A DNA stretch of 64,000 bases, taken from the NCBI GenBank assembly GCA_039591655.1, contig JBDHDE010000005.1, forward strand, positions 11,021 to 75,020, given 5' to 3'. Source of the stretch: Gemmatimonadota bacterium. GTDB taxonomy: Bacteria; Gemmatimonadota; Gemmatimonadetes; Gemmatimonadales; GWC2-71-9. The notes beneath the pieces are model-generated. The model had not been told where the DNA came from, ran no database searches, and worked only from the letters and a program-made list of their open reading frames with translations. Position 1 is the first letter of the stretch. Every line of letters starts with the position of its first letter. This document shows, one piece after another, positions 19,630-30,155 of this stretch. The translations under genes were made by a program, and so were the position numbers.

Positions 19630-20175
19630 ATGAAATACACCGGCTATCTGCTGATCACCGCCGGCTTCCTGCTCGGGGCGCTGGCTAGCGTGCTGGACGA
19701 GGAGCTGGTACGCTGGAGCCTGTACGGTGGCGCCCTGGGCGCGGGCATCCTGGGCATCATCATCGTGCGAGCCATGGCCCGCCAGCACGCCCGTGCCGAG
19801 GGTACGCTGGCGCGCGGCATGCAGGACATCGATGCGAGCCTGCAGGGCATCGTGCGCAACATCGGGCAGCTGAACGCGGAGAAGGAGGGGCTGCATCCGT
19901 ACGACGTGCGGCAGCGTATCGATGAGCTGTTCCCCGACGATATCAACGTGTTCGTGGAGGCGCGCCAGAGCATCACGCACGTGTACGGGCTCCAGGCCTA
20001 TGCCGAGGTGATGAACTACTTCACGGCGGGGGAGCGCTACCTCAACCGGGTGTGGTCGGCGTCGGCCGACGGGTACGTGGACGAAGTGAACGAGTATTTG
20101 GAGCGATCCCAGGTCCAGTTCGAGGAAGCGTTGCAGCAGTTGCGGCTGCTGGAGGAGGGGGGCACGCCGGCCTGA
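19630..20175 (+). CDS. Hypothetical two-TM membrane protein
   Basis: 4 bp after the OPT stop, RBS AGGGAG; two TM helices then a helical domain (FTAGERYLNRVWSASADGY). Confidence 0.75.
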   Translation: MKYTGYLLITAGFLLGALASVLDEELVRWSLYGGALGAGILGIIIVRAMARQHARAEGTLARGMQDIDASLQGIVRNIGQLNAEKEGLHPYDVRQRIDELFPDDINVFVEARQSITHVYGLQAYAEVMNYFTAGERYLNRVWSASADGYVDEVNEYLERSQVQFEEALQQLRLLEEGGTPA

Positions 20176-20188
20176 GGCTCGAGATGAC

Positions 20189-21487
20189 ATGCTAGCGAAC
20201 GCAAAGCTCGTACAAGATCAAGCTGCCTCCGACAGCACGGGGGTGCTGCGCTCCGTGCTCACGTGGCTGACTGATCAGCCCACCCTGGCCTCCCAAGCGG
20301 TGAGCGCAGGGCTCGTGCTGGTCGCGGCCTGGCTGGCCGGCCTTGTGGCACGCCGCGTTATCGCCACGGCAGTCGGCCGGGTAGCGCGGCGCACCGCTAC
20401 CGGGTGGGATGACGCATTGATGCGGCGCAAGGTGTTCCACCGACTGGCTCATCTCGTGCCGGCCCTGGTGATCTACTACGGCGTCCAGCTGGCCTCGGTC
20501 TCCGACTACCTGACCGCGCTGGTCGTGCGGGCCACTGCGGCCGCGATGGTGCTGATCGCCGTGTCGGCGGCGACGGCTTTTCTGTCGTCCGTGAACGACA
20601 TCTACGAGCGGCGCCCCGAGGCGCGAAACCGCCCCATCAAGGGGTTCATCCAGGTCGTCCAGATAGCGCTGTTCGTCACCGGCGGCATCGTGGTCCTCGC
20701 CACGCTGCTGGACCGCTCGCCATTGGTGTTCTTGAGCGGCATTGGCGCCATGACCGCCGTGCTGCTGCTGATCTTCCGCGACACGATCCTGTCTTTCGTG
20801 GCCTCCCTCCAGATGGGGAGCTATGATCTGGTGAGGGTGGGGGACTGGATCGAGGCGCCCCAGTACGGCGCCGACGGCGATGTGGTGGACGTTGCGCTGC
20901 ACACGGTGAAGGTGCAGAACTGGGACAAGACTATCACCACCATTCCCACCCACAAGCTCATCGACGGCTCCTTCAAGAACTGGCGTGCGATGCCCGAGTC
21001 CGGTGGGCGGCGCATCAAGCGGGCCGTGTTCATCGACATGAACACGGTGCGGTTCCTCGAGGAGGCAGACGTGGAACGGTTCGAGCGGTTTGCCCTGCTG
21101 ACGGACTACATCCGGGACAAGCGAGCCGAGCTGGCAGCGGACGCGGAGGCACGACCAGTCGCTGAGGACCTGATCGTCAACGCGCGCCGCCTCACCAACC
21201 TCGGGACCTTCCGCGCGTACCTCGCACGGTACCTGAAGCAGCATCCGAAGGTGCACGAGGGCATGACCCTGATGGTGCGGCAGCGGGATCCAACGCCTGA
21301 CGGACTGCCGCTGGAGGTCTACGCGTTCTCCAACGACACCGACTGGGTTAGCTACGAGGGGATCCAGTCCGACATCTTTGACCACATTCTCGCGGTCGCT
21401 CCCGAGTTCGGCCTGCGGGTGTTCCAGCACCCGGCCGGAAGGGACTTCGAGGCGGCCATCGGAGCCACCCGCGGGACAGGAGTATAG
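20189..21487 (+). CDS. Mechanosensitive channel, MscS family (YbdG/MscM-like)
   Basis: GAMTAVLLLIFRDTILSFVAS, GDWIE...GADGDV, VQNWDKTITTIP, NWRAM.ESGGRRIKR, GLPLEVY.F. Confidence 0.93.
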   Translation: MLANAKLVQDQAASDSTGVLRSVLTWLTDQPTLASQAVSAGLVLVAAWLAGLVARRVIATAVGRVARRTATGWDDALMRRKVFHRLAHLVPALVIYYGVQLASVSDYLTALVVRATAAAMVLIAVSAATAFLSSVNDIYERRPEARNRPIKGFIQVVQIALFVTGGIVVLATLLDRSPLVFLSGIGAMTAVLLLIFRDTILSFVASLQMGSYDLVRVGDWIEAPQYGADGDVVDVALHTVKVQNWDKTITTIPTHKLIDGSFKNWRAMPESGGRRIKRAVFIDMNTVRFLEEADVERFERFALLTDYIRDKRAELAADAEARPVAEDLIVNARRLTNLGTFRAYLARYLKQHPKVHEGMTLMVRQRDPTPDGLPLEVYAFSNDTDWVSYEGIQSDIFDHILAVAPEFGLRVFQHPAGRDFEAAIGATRGTGV

Positions 21488-21489
21488 GA

Positions 21490-22656
21490 TTGATGATGCG
21501 TCCACGTTCCACTCTCTGGCTTGTCGCGGCCGTCGCGGCCTGCAGCTCCGCGAACCCGCCCCCCGTGACGCCGCCGGCGCCGGTCCCGGGCGCCGACGAG
21601 ATCGAGACCAGCCTGTTCCTCATCGGCGATGCGGGTGCGCCGCTGCCGGGCGATCAGGTGCTCGCGGCATTACGTGCCCAGATGGAGCAGCAGCCCGAGC
21701 GCAGCGTCGCGGTCTTCCTGGGCGACAACATCTATCCCTTGGGATTGCCGGACACTGCCGCCGATGACCGGGCTGAGATGGAGCGGCGGCTGATGGAGCA
21801 GATAGACGCTGTGCTCGAGAGCGGCGGGCGCGGCATCTTCGTGCCGGGCAACCACGACTGGATCCGCGGCCGTGAGGGCGGCTGGGAGGCGATCCTGCGG
21901 CAGGAGCGCTTCGTGATTGAGCGGGGCGCGCCGGACGTGGTGTGGCTTCCCAGTGGCGGGTGTCCCGGGCCGGTGTCTGTGGACCTCGGAGAGCGGGTGC
22001 GCGTGGTGGCGATCGACACCCAGTGGTGGCTCAACAAGCACGCGAAGCCAAAGCACCCCTACTCATCCTGCTCAGCGGATGCGAAGTGGGAGTTCACCGA
22101 TTCGCTCCGCGCAGAGGTGCGCCGCGCCGGTGACCGCCACGTGGTGGTCGCGGCGCATCACCCCTTGGCCACCGGCGGTACGCACGGCGGGAACTTCACC
22201 GTGAAGGACCACATCTTCCCGCTCACTGTGGCAGTGAAGTGGCTGTACCTGCCGCTTCCCATCATCGGATCGGCCTACCCCATCGCCCGGCAGTCCGGGA
22301 TCTCCGACCAGGACATGTCCGGAAAGCTGAACCGGCAGATGCGGGACTCCATCGAGACGGCCCTCGCCGTGCACCCCGCACTGGTCTACGCGGCGGGGCA
22401 CGAGCACAACCTGCAGGTGATCGACGGGCGGGACGAGCAGCACGCGAAGCACATCGTGGTGAGCGGCGCGGGGTACTTCGCCCACACGGACCGCGCCCCC
22501 TACATTGACGGAACCCGCTACGCCGCTGCGGCGAGCGGCTTCGTACGGGTTGATTTCTTGCGTGACGGCCGGGCCCGGCTCGGCGTCACGACGGTGGATG
22601 AGGAGGGGAGGACCACGGAAGCGTTCTCGATGTGGCTAGATACCGGCGGAGGCTGA
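21490..22656 (+). CDS. Lipoprotein metallophosphoesterase (calcineurin-like)
   Basis: Lipobox VAAC; IGDAG, FLGDNIYP, PGNHDW, HHP and AGHEH metal-binding motifs. Confidence 0.9.
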   Translation: MMMRPRSTLWLVAAVAACSSANPPPVTPPAPVPGADEIETSLFLIGDAGAPLPGDQVLAALRAQMEQQPERSVAVFLGDNIYPLGLPDTAADDRAEMERRLMEQIDAVLESGGRGIFVPGNHDWIRGREGGWEAILRQERFVIERGAPDVVWLPSGGCPGPVSVDLGERVRVVAIDTQWWLNKHAKPKHPYSSCSADAKWEFTDSLRAEVRRAGDRHVVVAAHHPLATGGTHGGNFTVKDHIFPLTVAVKWLYLPLPIIGSAYPIARQSGISDQDMSGKLNRQMRDSIETALAVHPALVYAAGHEHNLQVIDGRDEQHAKHIVVSGAGYFAHTDRAPYIDGTRYAAAASGFVRVDFLRDGRARLGVTTVDEEGRTTEAFSMWLDTGGG

Positions 22657-22658
22657 CC

Positions 22659-25226
22659 ATGCCCACCTCCCGCGGCGCGCGCGCGTGTGTCTCCGGCGCG
22701 TTGCTGATTGTTCTCTCCGTGACATTCGGCGCACTGCCTGCCGGCGCCCAGCAGCGCGATACCACGGTCGTGGCGGGCCCGCAGTACAGCAAAGGCGGGC
22801 TCTACCGCCTGTACTTCGGGAACGACTACCGCGATCTCTGGACCGCACCGGTTCGCGTACAGCTGCTCGACCTGCGAACGTTCGCCGGCGGTCTCACACC
22901 CACCACCGCCGGCGGTGGTTTCCAGACCAAGTCGCTGCGGTTCCGCGGCGCCGACGGCTTCCAGTACAGCTTCCGCTCGGTGGACAAGGACATGGATGTT
23001 CTGCCACCGGAGTGGGAGGGGTCGGTGGTGGAGGACATCGTGCAGGACCAGACCTCTGCGGCGCACCCAGGGGCCCCGCCGGTGGTGGCCGCGCTCATGG
23101 AAGCGGCCGGGATCCCGCACACCGAGCCCCGGCTCGTCGTGTTGCCCGATGATGCTGCGCTCGGTGAGCACCGGGAGCGCTTCGCTGGCACCGTTGGGTA
23201 CATCGAGCGACGCGCCATCACGGAGCCAGGGGTGCCCGGCTTTGCCGGTGCGGATGAGATCATCGACGGGGACGACGTCATGGAGCGGGTGCAGCGAAGC
23301 GCCCGGGATCGCGTCGCCGCGCGGGCCCTGCTCGACGCGCGTCTCCTCGATCTGCTGATCGGCGACTGGGACCGCCACCGGGGGCAGTGGGGGTGGGCGC
23401 GCTTCGGGGAGGAGCCCGTCACCCACTGGGTGCCCATTCCGGAGGACCGGGACCAGGCCCTGGTGCGGTTCGACGGTGTGGGGCTCTGGTTGGGGCGGAA
23501 CTACGCGCCGCAACTCGTGAAGTTCGGCCCCAAATACTCGAGCACGCTCGGTCTCAGCTTCAACGCCCGCGAGTTGGACCGGCGGTTTCTCGTCGGACTC
23601 GAGAGACCCGCGTGGGACTCCGCGGCCGCGCAGCTCAAGTGGCGCCTCACCGACTCGGTAATCGAGGATGCGGTGAGCCGGATGGCGCCGGAGTACGTAG
23701 CGATTGGCGGCGAGTGGCTGGCTCAGGCCCTCAAGCAGCGCCGGGACGAGCTGCCCCAAGCGGCCGATCGCCTATACCGGCTGCTCGCGGGTGACGTGGA
23801 CATCCAGGGAACAGACGAGGCGGAAGAGATCCTGATCCAGCGGCATGCCAACGATACGGTGGAGGTCACAATCCAGAGCGGTCGGCAGCGGTTGCCCTAC
23901 CTCCACCGCCGGTTCGACACCCGCGAGACCAGTGAGCTCCGGTTCTACCTGCACGGCGGTGAGGATCGCGTGATCGTGACGGGACCGGGGCGGGGCGTCA
24001 CGCTACGGGTGATCGGGAGTGGCAACGACGTGGTGATTGACTCCTCCGATGCGGGCGGTGTGCGGTTCTACGCTACGGGCGATGATGAGGCCAGTGGGCC
24101 CACGAATGTGAAGGTGGACCGCAGGCCCTACACTCCCCCGCCGCTGGGACCACGGGATAGGATGCATCCGCCCGACTGGGGGCACAGGTGGCAGGGCTTG
24201 GGCTGGATCGGGGCCGGGCCCGACCTCGGGTTCTTCTTCGGGGGCGGCGCCTTCGTCACCACTAACGGATTCCGCCGGCACCCCTACGCCTCCAAGGTCC
24301 AGTTCCGGGCGGGGTTCTCCACGGGGGCCACCACGGGCCGCTTCGACTTCCAGAGCGATATCACCTGGACCAACTCTAACGTGCACATGGAGCTGTACGG
24401 GTTGCTGAGCGGCATCGAGACGCTGCGGTTTTACGGCTTCGGCAACGACTTCGCGATCAACGATTCGCTGGACGATGCCAACTTCTACCGTGTGAACCAG
24501 CGCCAGATCACGGTGGCGCCCGTGCTCTTCCTCCCCTTTGGCAGCCGGAATGTCGAGCTGGGCGTCGGGCCGATCATGAACTACTTCGATACCAAGGAGG
24601 ACACCACCCGGATCATCAGGAGTGACACGCTGTACGGCTCGGGGACGCTCGGGGAGGTGGGAGTGATCGGGGGGCTGCGGATCGATACGCGGGATCTACC
24701 ATCCTGGCCCACGCGGGGATTCCACGTGTTGCTCACGGGTGAGCTGTATCCGGAGGTGTGGGATGTGGCGACGATCTACGGGGTGCTCGAGGGCGTCGCA
24801 TCCACCTACCTCACCGCCCGTTCGCTGCCGTTCAGGCCCACCCTGGCGCTGCGGGCCGGCGCCAGGAAGGTGTTCGGCGACTCGATCCCGTTCCAACACG
24901 CCGCCTACATCGGCGACGACCGGACGGTGCGGCTGGGCCGGCAGAATCGCTTCGGGGGTGACGCGGCGGTGTGGGGCAACGCCGAGCTCCGCTTCAACGC
25001 CCAGCGCTTCATGCTTCTCCTACCCGGCCAGTTCGGGCTGTTCGCACTGGGCGATCTGGGGAGGGTGTTCCTCGATGGGGAGGAATCCGACACCGACACA
25101 TGGCACTGGGCGGCGGGCGGCGGCGTGTGGCTCTCGTTCGTCGCGCAGCGGATGACGCTGAGCGTCGCCGTCGCCGCGAGCGACGAGCGAACGGCCGTCT
25201 ATTTCCGGACGGGCTTCGCGTACTAG
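22659..25226 (+). CDS. Omp85/BamA-TamA-like surface-antigen barrel protein with N-terminal kinase-like domain
   Basis: Signal peptide; GGGFQTKSLR, DWDRHRGQW, EDRDQAL; C-terminal DTRD...PTRG, RFGGD....NAELR, D.GRV; ends in aromatic GFAY. Confidence 0.8.
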   Translation: MPTSRGARACVSGALLIVLSVTFGALPAGAQQRDTTVVAGPQYSKGGLYRLYFGNDYRDLWTAPVRVQLLDLRTFAGGLTPTTAGGGFQTKSLRFRGADGFQYSFRSVDKDMDVLPPEWEGSVVEDIVQDQTSAAHPGAPPVVAALMEAAGIPHTEPRLVVLPDDAALGEHRERFAGTVGYIERRAITEPGVPGFAGADEIIDGDDVMERVQRSARDRVAARALLDARLLDLLIGDWDRHRGQWGWARFGEEPVTHWVPIPEDRDQALVRFDGVGLWLGRNYAPQLVKFGPKYSSTLGLSFNARELDRRFLVGLERPAWDSAAAQLKWRLTDSVIEDAVSRMAPEYVAIGGEWLAQALKQRRDELPQAADRLYRLLAGDVDIQGTDEAEEILIQRHANDTVEVTIQSGRQRLPYLHRRFDTRETSELRFYLHGGEDRVIVTGPGRGVTLRVIGSGNDVVIDSSDAGGVRFYATGDDEASGPTNVKVDRRPYTPPPLGPRDRMHPPDWGHRWQGLGWIGAGPDLGFFFGGGAFVTTNGFRRHPYASKVQFRAGFSTGATTGRFDFQSDITWTNSNVHMELYGLLSGIETLRFYGFGNDFAINDSLDDANFYRVNQRQITVAPVLFLPFGSRNVELGVGPIMNYFDTKEDTTRIIRSDTLYGSGTLGEVGVIGGLRIDTRDLPSWPTRGFHVLLTGELYPEVWDVATIYGVLEGVASTYLTARSLPFRPTLALRAGARKVFGDSIPFQHAAYIGDDRTVRLGRQNRFGGDAAVWGNAELRFNAQRFMLLLPGQFGLFALGDLGRVFLDGEESDTDTWHWAAGGGVWLSFVAQRMTLSVAVAASDERTAVYFRTGFAY

Positions 25227-25309
25227 CGATCCCGCGTCTCGAGAGCGGGCGGCCCATGTCCGGGCCGCCCGCTATCTTTCCTAGAACCACCCACGGGATC
25301 ACGGTAAAC

Positions 25310-28054
25310 ATGGTGCGTAGAGCAGTGGTGCTGATCGTCGGGCTGGCGGCAGTCCTCGTGGCGCTCACCGGCCTGCCGGCTTTGGTCGACCTGATGGCGG
25401 ACTGGTACTGGTTCGAGGCCCTGGGATATCAGTCGGTCTTTCTCGCCGCCCTCAAGGCGAAACTGGGCCTGGGAGTGGTGGTGGGCGTGCTGGCCTTCCT
25501 GTTCATCTGGGTCAACCTGCGGCTGGCCCAGCGGGGCCTCGTGCCGGACCCGATGGTGGTGGATCTGCGCTCGGGGTTGCCCAAGCTCAACCTCACCCGC
25601 CTGGTCCGCGTCGTGAGCCTCCCCATCGCCGCGCTCTTCGCGCTGCTGATCGGCGCGGCCGCCTCCAGCGCGTGGCTCACTCTCTTGCGGTTCCGCCACC
25701 GCACAGCGTTCGACGTCGTGGATCCGGTGTTCGGCAGGGATGTGGGCTACTACGTGTTCACGCTGCCTGCACTCTCTGTGGTGATCGGTTTGGTGGTGAC
25801 TGTCATCGTGCTAACACTCGCCATGACGGCCGGTCTCTACCTGTTTCGGGGCGACCTGCTCATCCGTCGCCGCCAGGTCACGATCGAGCGGTCGGCCGAG
25901 CTGCACCTCGCCCTGCTCATCGCACTGCTGTTCGTGACGACGGCGCTCACCGTGTTCCTGGTGCGCATCCCGGCGTTGCTATACTCCACCACCGGGCCCA
26001 TGCTGGGGGCCAGCTACACCGATCTCTCGATTCAGGTGCCGGCGCTTCGCATCGCGGGCGTGGTGGCCCTGCTCGGGGCGGGCTTCGTGCTGTTCGGCCT
26101 GCGCACCCGCCGCCTCGTGCGCCACACGGTCGTGGCCGCGGTGGCGTACATTGTCATCGGTCTGCTGGGGACCCTGACCGCGGCGGCGGTCCAGCGTCTG
26201 GTGGTCGTGCCCAACGAGCTCGTCAGGGAGTCGCCGCAGCTCCAGCACCACATCACCGCGACGCGCCTCGCTTGGGGCCTGGACGGAGTCGTCACCCGAG
26301 ACCTCAGCGGCGAGTCACGGCTCGCGCTCGCCGACATCGAGGCCAACGGCGCGACGATCAGCAACGTCCGGTTGTGGGATCGGGAGCCTCTGCTGCAGAC
26401 CTTCGGGCAGCTGCAGGAGATCCGCACCTACTACGACTTCATCTCGGTAGACGACGATCGCTACTGGATCGATGGGGAGTACCGGCAGGTGCTGCTCTCC
26501 CCCCGGGAGCTGAACAGCATGTCGCTGCCCGCCAGGACCTTCATCAACGAGCGACTGAGGTTCACTCACGGGATGGGACTTACACTGGGACCGGTGAACC
26601 AGGTCACGGAAGAGGGCCTTCCGGTACTCTTCATCAAGGACCTTCCCCCAGCCTCCTCGGTGTCGCTCGGCGTGACCCGCCCCGGGATCTACTACGGCGA
26701 GCTCTCCCGCAGCTACGTGTTCGTGAACACGCAACAGGAGGAGTTCGACTTCCCCTCCGACGCGGGCGACGTCGTGGCGGAATATGAAGGCACGGGTGGC
26801 GTCCCGACATCGTCGTTGCTCCGGCGGCTGCTGTTCAGCATGCACTTCGGCTCGATGAAAATCCTGCTGTCACACGACATCACGTCCGACAGCCGAGTCA
26901 TGTATCACCGCAGCGTGCGAGAGCGGGCGGCGAAGGCGCTACCGTTTCTCCGGTGGGACAGCGACCCCTATCTAGTGATTACCGAGGCCGGCAAGCTCAA
27001 GTGGATCCTCGACGCCTACACGGTGAGCGGCCGCTACCCCTATGCCCAGCGCGCGAGCGATGGGACCAACTACATGCGCAACAGCGTGAAGGTCGTGATC
27101 GACGCCTACGACGGCGACGTTCAAGCGTACGTCGCCGAACCGGACGATCCGTTGATCCGCACCTACGCCGAGATCTTCACCGGGATCTTCCAGCCGCTGG
27201 ATGCCATGCCCCCCGACCTCCGGGCCCACATCCGCTATCCGGAGGATCTCTTCCGCATCCAGACGGCGCTCCACACGACTTATCACATGAGCGAGCCGAC
27301 CATCTTCTACCACCGGGAGGATCAGTGGCAGATCCCGGTGCTGGCGCGCGGAGAGGACGCCCGGGATCCCTTCCTGCGACACATCATCATGAAGCTGCCC
27401 GGCGAGTCCCAGGCAGAGTTCATCATGATGGCGCCGTTCACGCCGCGACAGAAAGACAACCTCTCGGCCTGGATGGTCGTCCGCAGCGACGGCGAGCACT
27501 ACGGCCAGCTCGTGGTGTACCGGTTTCCGCGCCAGAGCCTGGTCTTCGGCCCAGCGCAGATCGTGAACCGCATCAATCAGGACACCGAGATCTCACGCCA
27601 GGTCTCCCTGTGGGATCAACGGGGCTCCGAGGTGATTCGGGGGAACCTGCTGGTGATCCCCATCGAGGAGTCGCTGATCTTCGTCCAGGCGCTGTACCTG
27701 CGTGCCGAGGGGGGCCGCATCCCCGAGCTGAAGCGGGTGATCGTGGCTTACGAGAACCAGGTGGTGATGGAGGAGACGCTGGAGGAGGGCCTGGCACGGC
27801 TATTCGGGGCCATGGCTCCTGCGGAGGTCCGTCCCATCGCTGCGGCCGCAGCGGCTGCGGCCGCAGCTCCGGAGGCGGCGCTGCCCGCCGCGGACGTCGC
27901 CGATCTGGTACAACAGGCCGCCGAGCACTACGAGCGGGCGACGGCGGCGCAGCGGGTCGGCGACTGGGCGCGCTACGGTGAGGAGATGCGCCAGGTGGGG
28001 GCGCTGCTTGGGCGGCTACGCCAGCTCACCGAGGGAGCGCCACCCCGGGAGTAG
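25310..28054 (+). CDS. UPF0182-family membrane protein
   Basis: DWYWF..LGY, DPVFGRDVGYYVF.LP, NVRLWD, QLQEIRTYY.F, YMRNSVKVVIDAYDG, RYPEDLF; start could alternatively be 25256. Confidence 0.93.
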   Translation: MVRRAVVLIVGLAAVLVALTGLPALVDLMADWYWFEALGYQSVFLAALKAKLGLGVVVGVLAFLFIWVNLRLAQRGLVPDPMVVDLRSGLPKLNLTRLVRVVSLPIAALFALLIGAAASSAWLTLLRFRHRTAFDVVDPVFGRDVGYYVFTLPALSVVIGLVVTVIVLTLAMTAGLYLFRGDLLIRRRQVTIERSAELHLALLIALLFVTTALTVFLVRIPALLYSTTGPMLGASYTDLSIQVPALRIAGVVALLGAGFVLFGLRTRRLVRHTVVAAVAYIVIGLLGTLTAAAVQRLVVVPNELVRESPQLQHHITATRLAWGLDGVVTRDLSGESRLALADIEANGATISNVRLWDREPLLQTFGQLQEIRTYYDFISVDDDRYWIDGEYRQVLLSPRELNSMSLPARTFINERLRFTHGMGLTLGPVNQVTEEGLPVLFIKDLPPASSVSLGVTRPGIYYGELSRSYVFVNTQQEEFDFPSDAGDVVAEYEGTGGVPTSSLLRRLLFSMHFGSMKILLSHDITSDSRVMYHRSVRERAAKALPFLRWDSDPYLVITEAGKLKWILDAYTVSGRYPYAQRASDGTNYMRNSVKVVIDAYDGDVQAYVAEPDDPLIRTYAEIFTGIFQPLDAMPPDLRAHIRYPEDLFRIQTALHTTYHMSEPTIFYHREDQWQIPVLARGEDARDPFLRHIIMKLPGESQAEFIMMAPFTPRQKDNLSAWMVVRSDGEHYGQLVVYRFPRQSLVFGPAQIVNRINQDTEISRQVSLWDQRGSEVIRGNLLVIPIEESLIFVQALYLRAEGGRIPELKRVIVAYENQVVMEETLEEGLARLFGAMAPAEVRPIAAAAAAAAAAPEAALPAADVADLVQQAAEHYERATAAQRVGDWARYGEEMRQVGALLGRLRQLTEGAPPRE

Positions 28055-28076
28055 CACGCCGCCCGCCTGCCGGGCC

Positions 28077-28916
28077 TCAGGAGAATCGCGCCACGACGAC
28101 CGTGACGTTGTCGCGTCCTCCCGCGTCCAGGGCGGCGACAACCAAGTCCTCACATGCCTCCTGGGCAGTGGCCGCGGCACGCAACTTCCCGGCGATCTCC
28201 TCATCGGACAGATGCCTGGTCAGGCCGTCGGTACAGAGCATGAGGGTGTCGCCCGTCGCCAGGTCCACCTTGGAGATCTCGGGTTCCACCTCGGGCGCGC
28301 CCCCGCCAATGGCCTGCGACAGCACACTGCTGTACGGGGACTGCTGGGCGTCGCTCGGGGAGAGGGCGCCCTCCTCGACCAGCAACTGCACCACGGTCTG
28401 GTCCCGGGTTACCTGGCTGAAGGCGTCGCCCCGCAGGTGGTAGCACCGGCTGTCGCCGATCTGCACCGTATAGACCCTGGGCCACAGCACGTGCGCCATC
28501 GTCAGGGTAGTGGCCATGCCGGAGCGCTCGGGATCTTCCTGCGCGCGGTCGAGCACTGCGGCGTGACTGCGCTGGACGGACGAGGCGAGCTCCTGTAGCA
28601 GGTCCGACGGAAGTTGATCGTCCAGCTTGTAGAAGCATCGCATGGAGTTCGTCACGTAGCTCGTCACGGCGTCGAGGGTGACGCTGGAAGCCTCCTCGCC
28701 ACCGGCGTGGCCGCCGACGCCGTCCGCCACCATGAGGAGCAGGGCGCGAGCCCCGCTGTCGAACCGCTTGCGATAGGAACCGGGAATACTGGTTCCCTGG
28801 ATCTCGACCACCTTGTGAAGCGCCGCGATGAGGAATTGGTCCTGGTTCTCCTTCCGCACCTTCCCCACGTCCGTGCTGCCGTAGGAGTCGACCTCCACGC
28901 CGTCGGACATCAGCAT
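28077..28916 (-). CDS. PP2C/PPM-family Ser/Thr phosphatase
   Basis: TDVGKVRKENQD, VADGVGGH.GGEEAS, GMATT, GDSRCY, LCTDGL, GGRDNVTVV. Confidence 0.94.
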   Translation of the reverse strand: MLMSDGVEVDSYGSTDVGKVRKENQDQFLIAALHKVVEIQGTSIPGSYRKRFDSGARALLLMVADGVGGHAGGEEASSVTLDAVTSYVTNSMRCFYKLDDQLPSDLLQELASSVQRSHAAVLDRAQEDPERSGMATTLTMAHVLWPRVYTVQIGDSRCYHLRGDAFSQVTRDQTVVQLLVEEGALSPSDAQQSPYSSVLSQAIGGGAPEVEPEISKVDLATGDTLMLCTDGLTRHLSDEEIAGKLRAAATAQEACEDLVVAALDAGGRDNVTVVVARFS

Positions 28917-29126
28917 AGGGCACCTCGGCGGGGTTGCCGCAGGTTGACGGATGCGGTGCCGCGACTGGGCGCCGCGCAGGGGCGGCCTCGCTGCCGCCCT
29001 GAGCATAGAATAGCCCGCCGGCGCACCCACGGCCAAGGGCGCTCATCGGTTGCCGGGGGGCGTGCCCGGGAATTGACCTTCCCGTGACGAGGCGGTAGGA
29101 ATGATGAGGGCCCAGCGGAGGACGGG

Positions 29127-30131
29127 ATGATGACGCGGTACTCGCGTATGGCAAGTGTCGGTCACTTCGTGCCGGATCGGGTGGTGACCAACCACGATCT
29201 GGAGCAGGTGATGGATACCTCCGACGAGTGGATTCGTGAGCGGAGCGGCATTGCCGAGCGTCGCTTCGCAGACGACGGCGTTGGTTGCACGGACCTCGGG
29301 ATCCGAGCGGCGCAGGTGGCGATGGATAAGGCGGGCTGGAAGCCCGAGGACGTCGATTTCGTGCTGTTCGCGACCCTCTCGCCGGACATGTACTTCCCTG
29401 GAAACGGCGTGCTGCTGCAGCGAGAGCTGGGGCTGCGGGACGTAGGGGCGATGGACGTTCGGAACCAATGCACGGGTTTCGTATACGCCATCTCAGCCGC
29501 CGACGCCTTCATCCGGATGGGGATGTTCGACCGAGTGTTGGTGGTGGGGGCCGAAAAGCACTCGGCCGGGCTCCGCATGGACTCCGACGGACGCGATACG
29601 GCGGTGCTGTTCGGGGACGGCGGGGGCGCGGCGTGCCTAGAGGTCACCGACGGGTCCGACGGTAGCCGGTTCCTCTGGCACCACCTTCACTCGGACGGCC
29701 GCTACGCCACGGAGCTTTGCATCGCGAAGCCCGGCGCCGGGAACACGCCGTGGATCAGCGCCGAGATGATCGAGGAGGGATCGGTCCATCCGTACATGAA
29801 CGGCCGGGAGGTGTTCAAGCACGCCGTAACCAAGTTTCCCGCGGTGATCCAGGAGGTTCTTGCCACGGAGGGCTTCAAGCCTGAGGATGTCGACCTCGTG
29901 ATCCCGCACCAGGCAAACGAGCGCATCACCGAGGTCGTGCGCAAGCGGCTTGGGGTGCCGGACGAGAAGGTCTACTCCAACATCGCCAGGTACGGCAACA
30001 CCACGGCGGCGAGCATCCCCATCGCGTTGAGCGAAGCGGTGGCCGAGGGACTCGTGAAGCGGGGGAGCCTGGTCTGTCTCGCGGCTTTCGGCTCGGGCTT
30101 CACGTGGGCCGCGAACCTGCTGCGCTACTGA
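29127..30131 (+). CDS. fabH: 3-oxoacyl-ACP synthase III
   Basis: DTSDEWI..RSGI.ERR, catalytic C (NQCTGF), FGDG.GA, PHQAN, YGNTTAASIP, AFGSGFTW. Confidence 0.95.
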   Translation: MMTRYSRMASVGHFVPDRVVTNHDLEQVMDTSDEWIRERSGIAERRFADDGVGCTDLGIRAAQVAMDKAGWKPEDVDFVLFATLSPDMYFPGNGVLLQRELGLRDVGAMDVRNQCTGFVYAISAADAFIRMGMFDRVLVVGAEKHSAGLRMDSDGRDTAVLFGDGGGAACLEVTDGSDGSRFLWHHLHSDGRYATELCIAKPGAGNTPWISAEMIEEGSVHPYMNGREVFKHAVTKFPAVIQEVLATEGFKPEDVDLVIPHQANERITEVVRKRLGVPDEKVYSNIARYGNTTAASIPIALSEAVAEGLVKRGSLVCLAAFGSGFTWAANLLRY

Positions 30132-30155
30132 GCGGCGCTTGGCACCGATCGCCGA

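Noticed and set aside
24971..25309. Long N-terminal extensions called by the ORF track (UPF0182, also the kinases to 33515 and 37687, HK to 4580, PNP from 55623, anti-sigma from 57587)
   Set aside because: They overlap neighbouring genes and have non-protein-like composition; downstream starts fit the domain boundaries.
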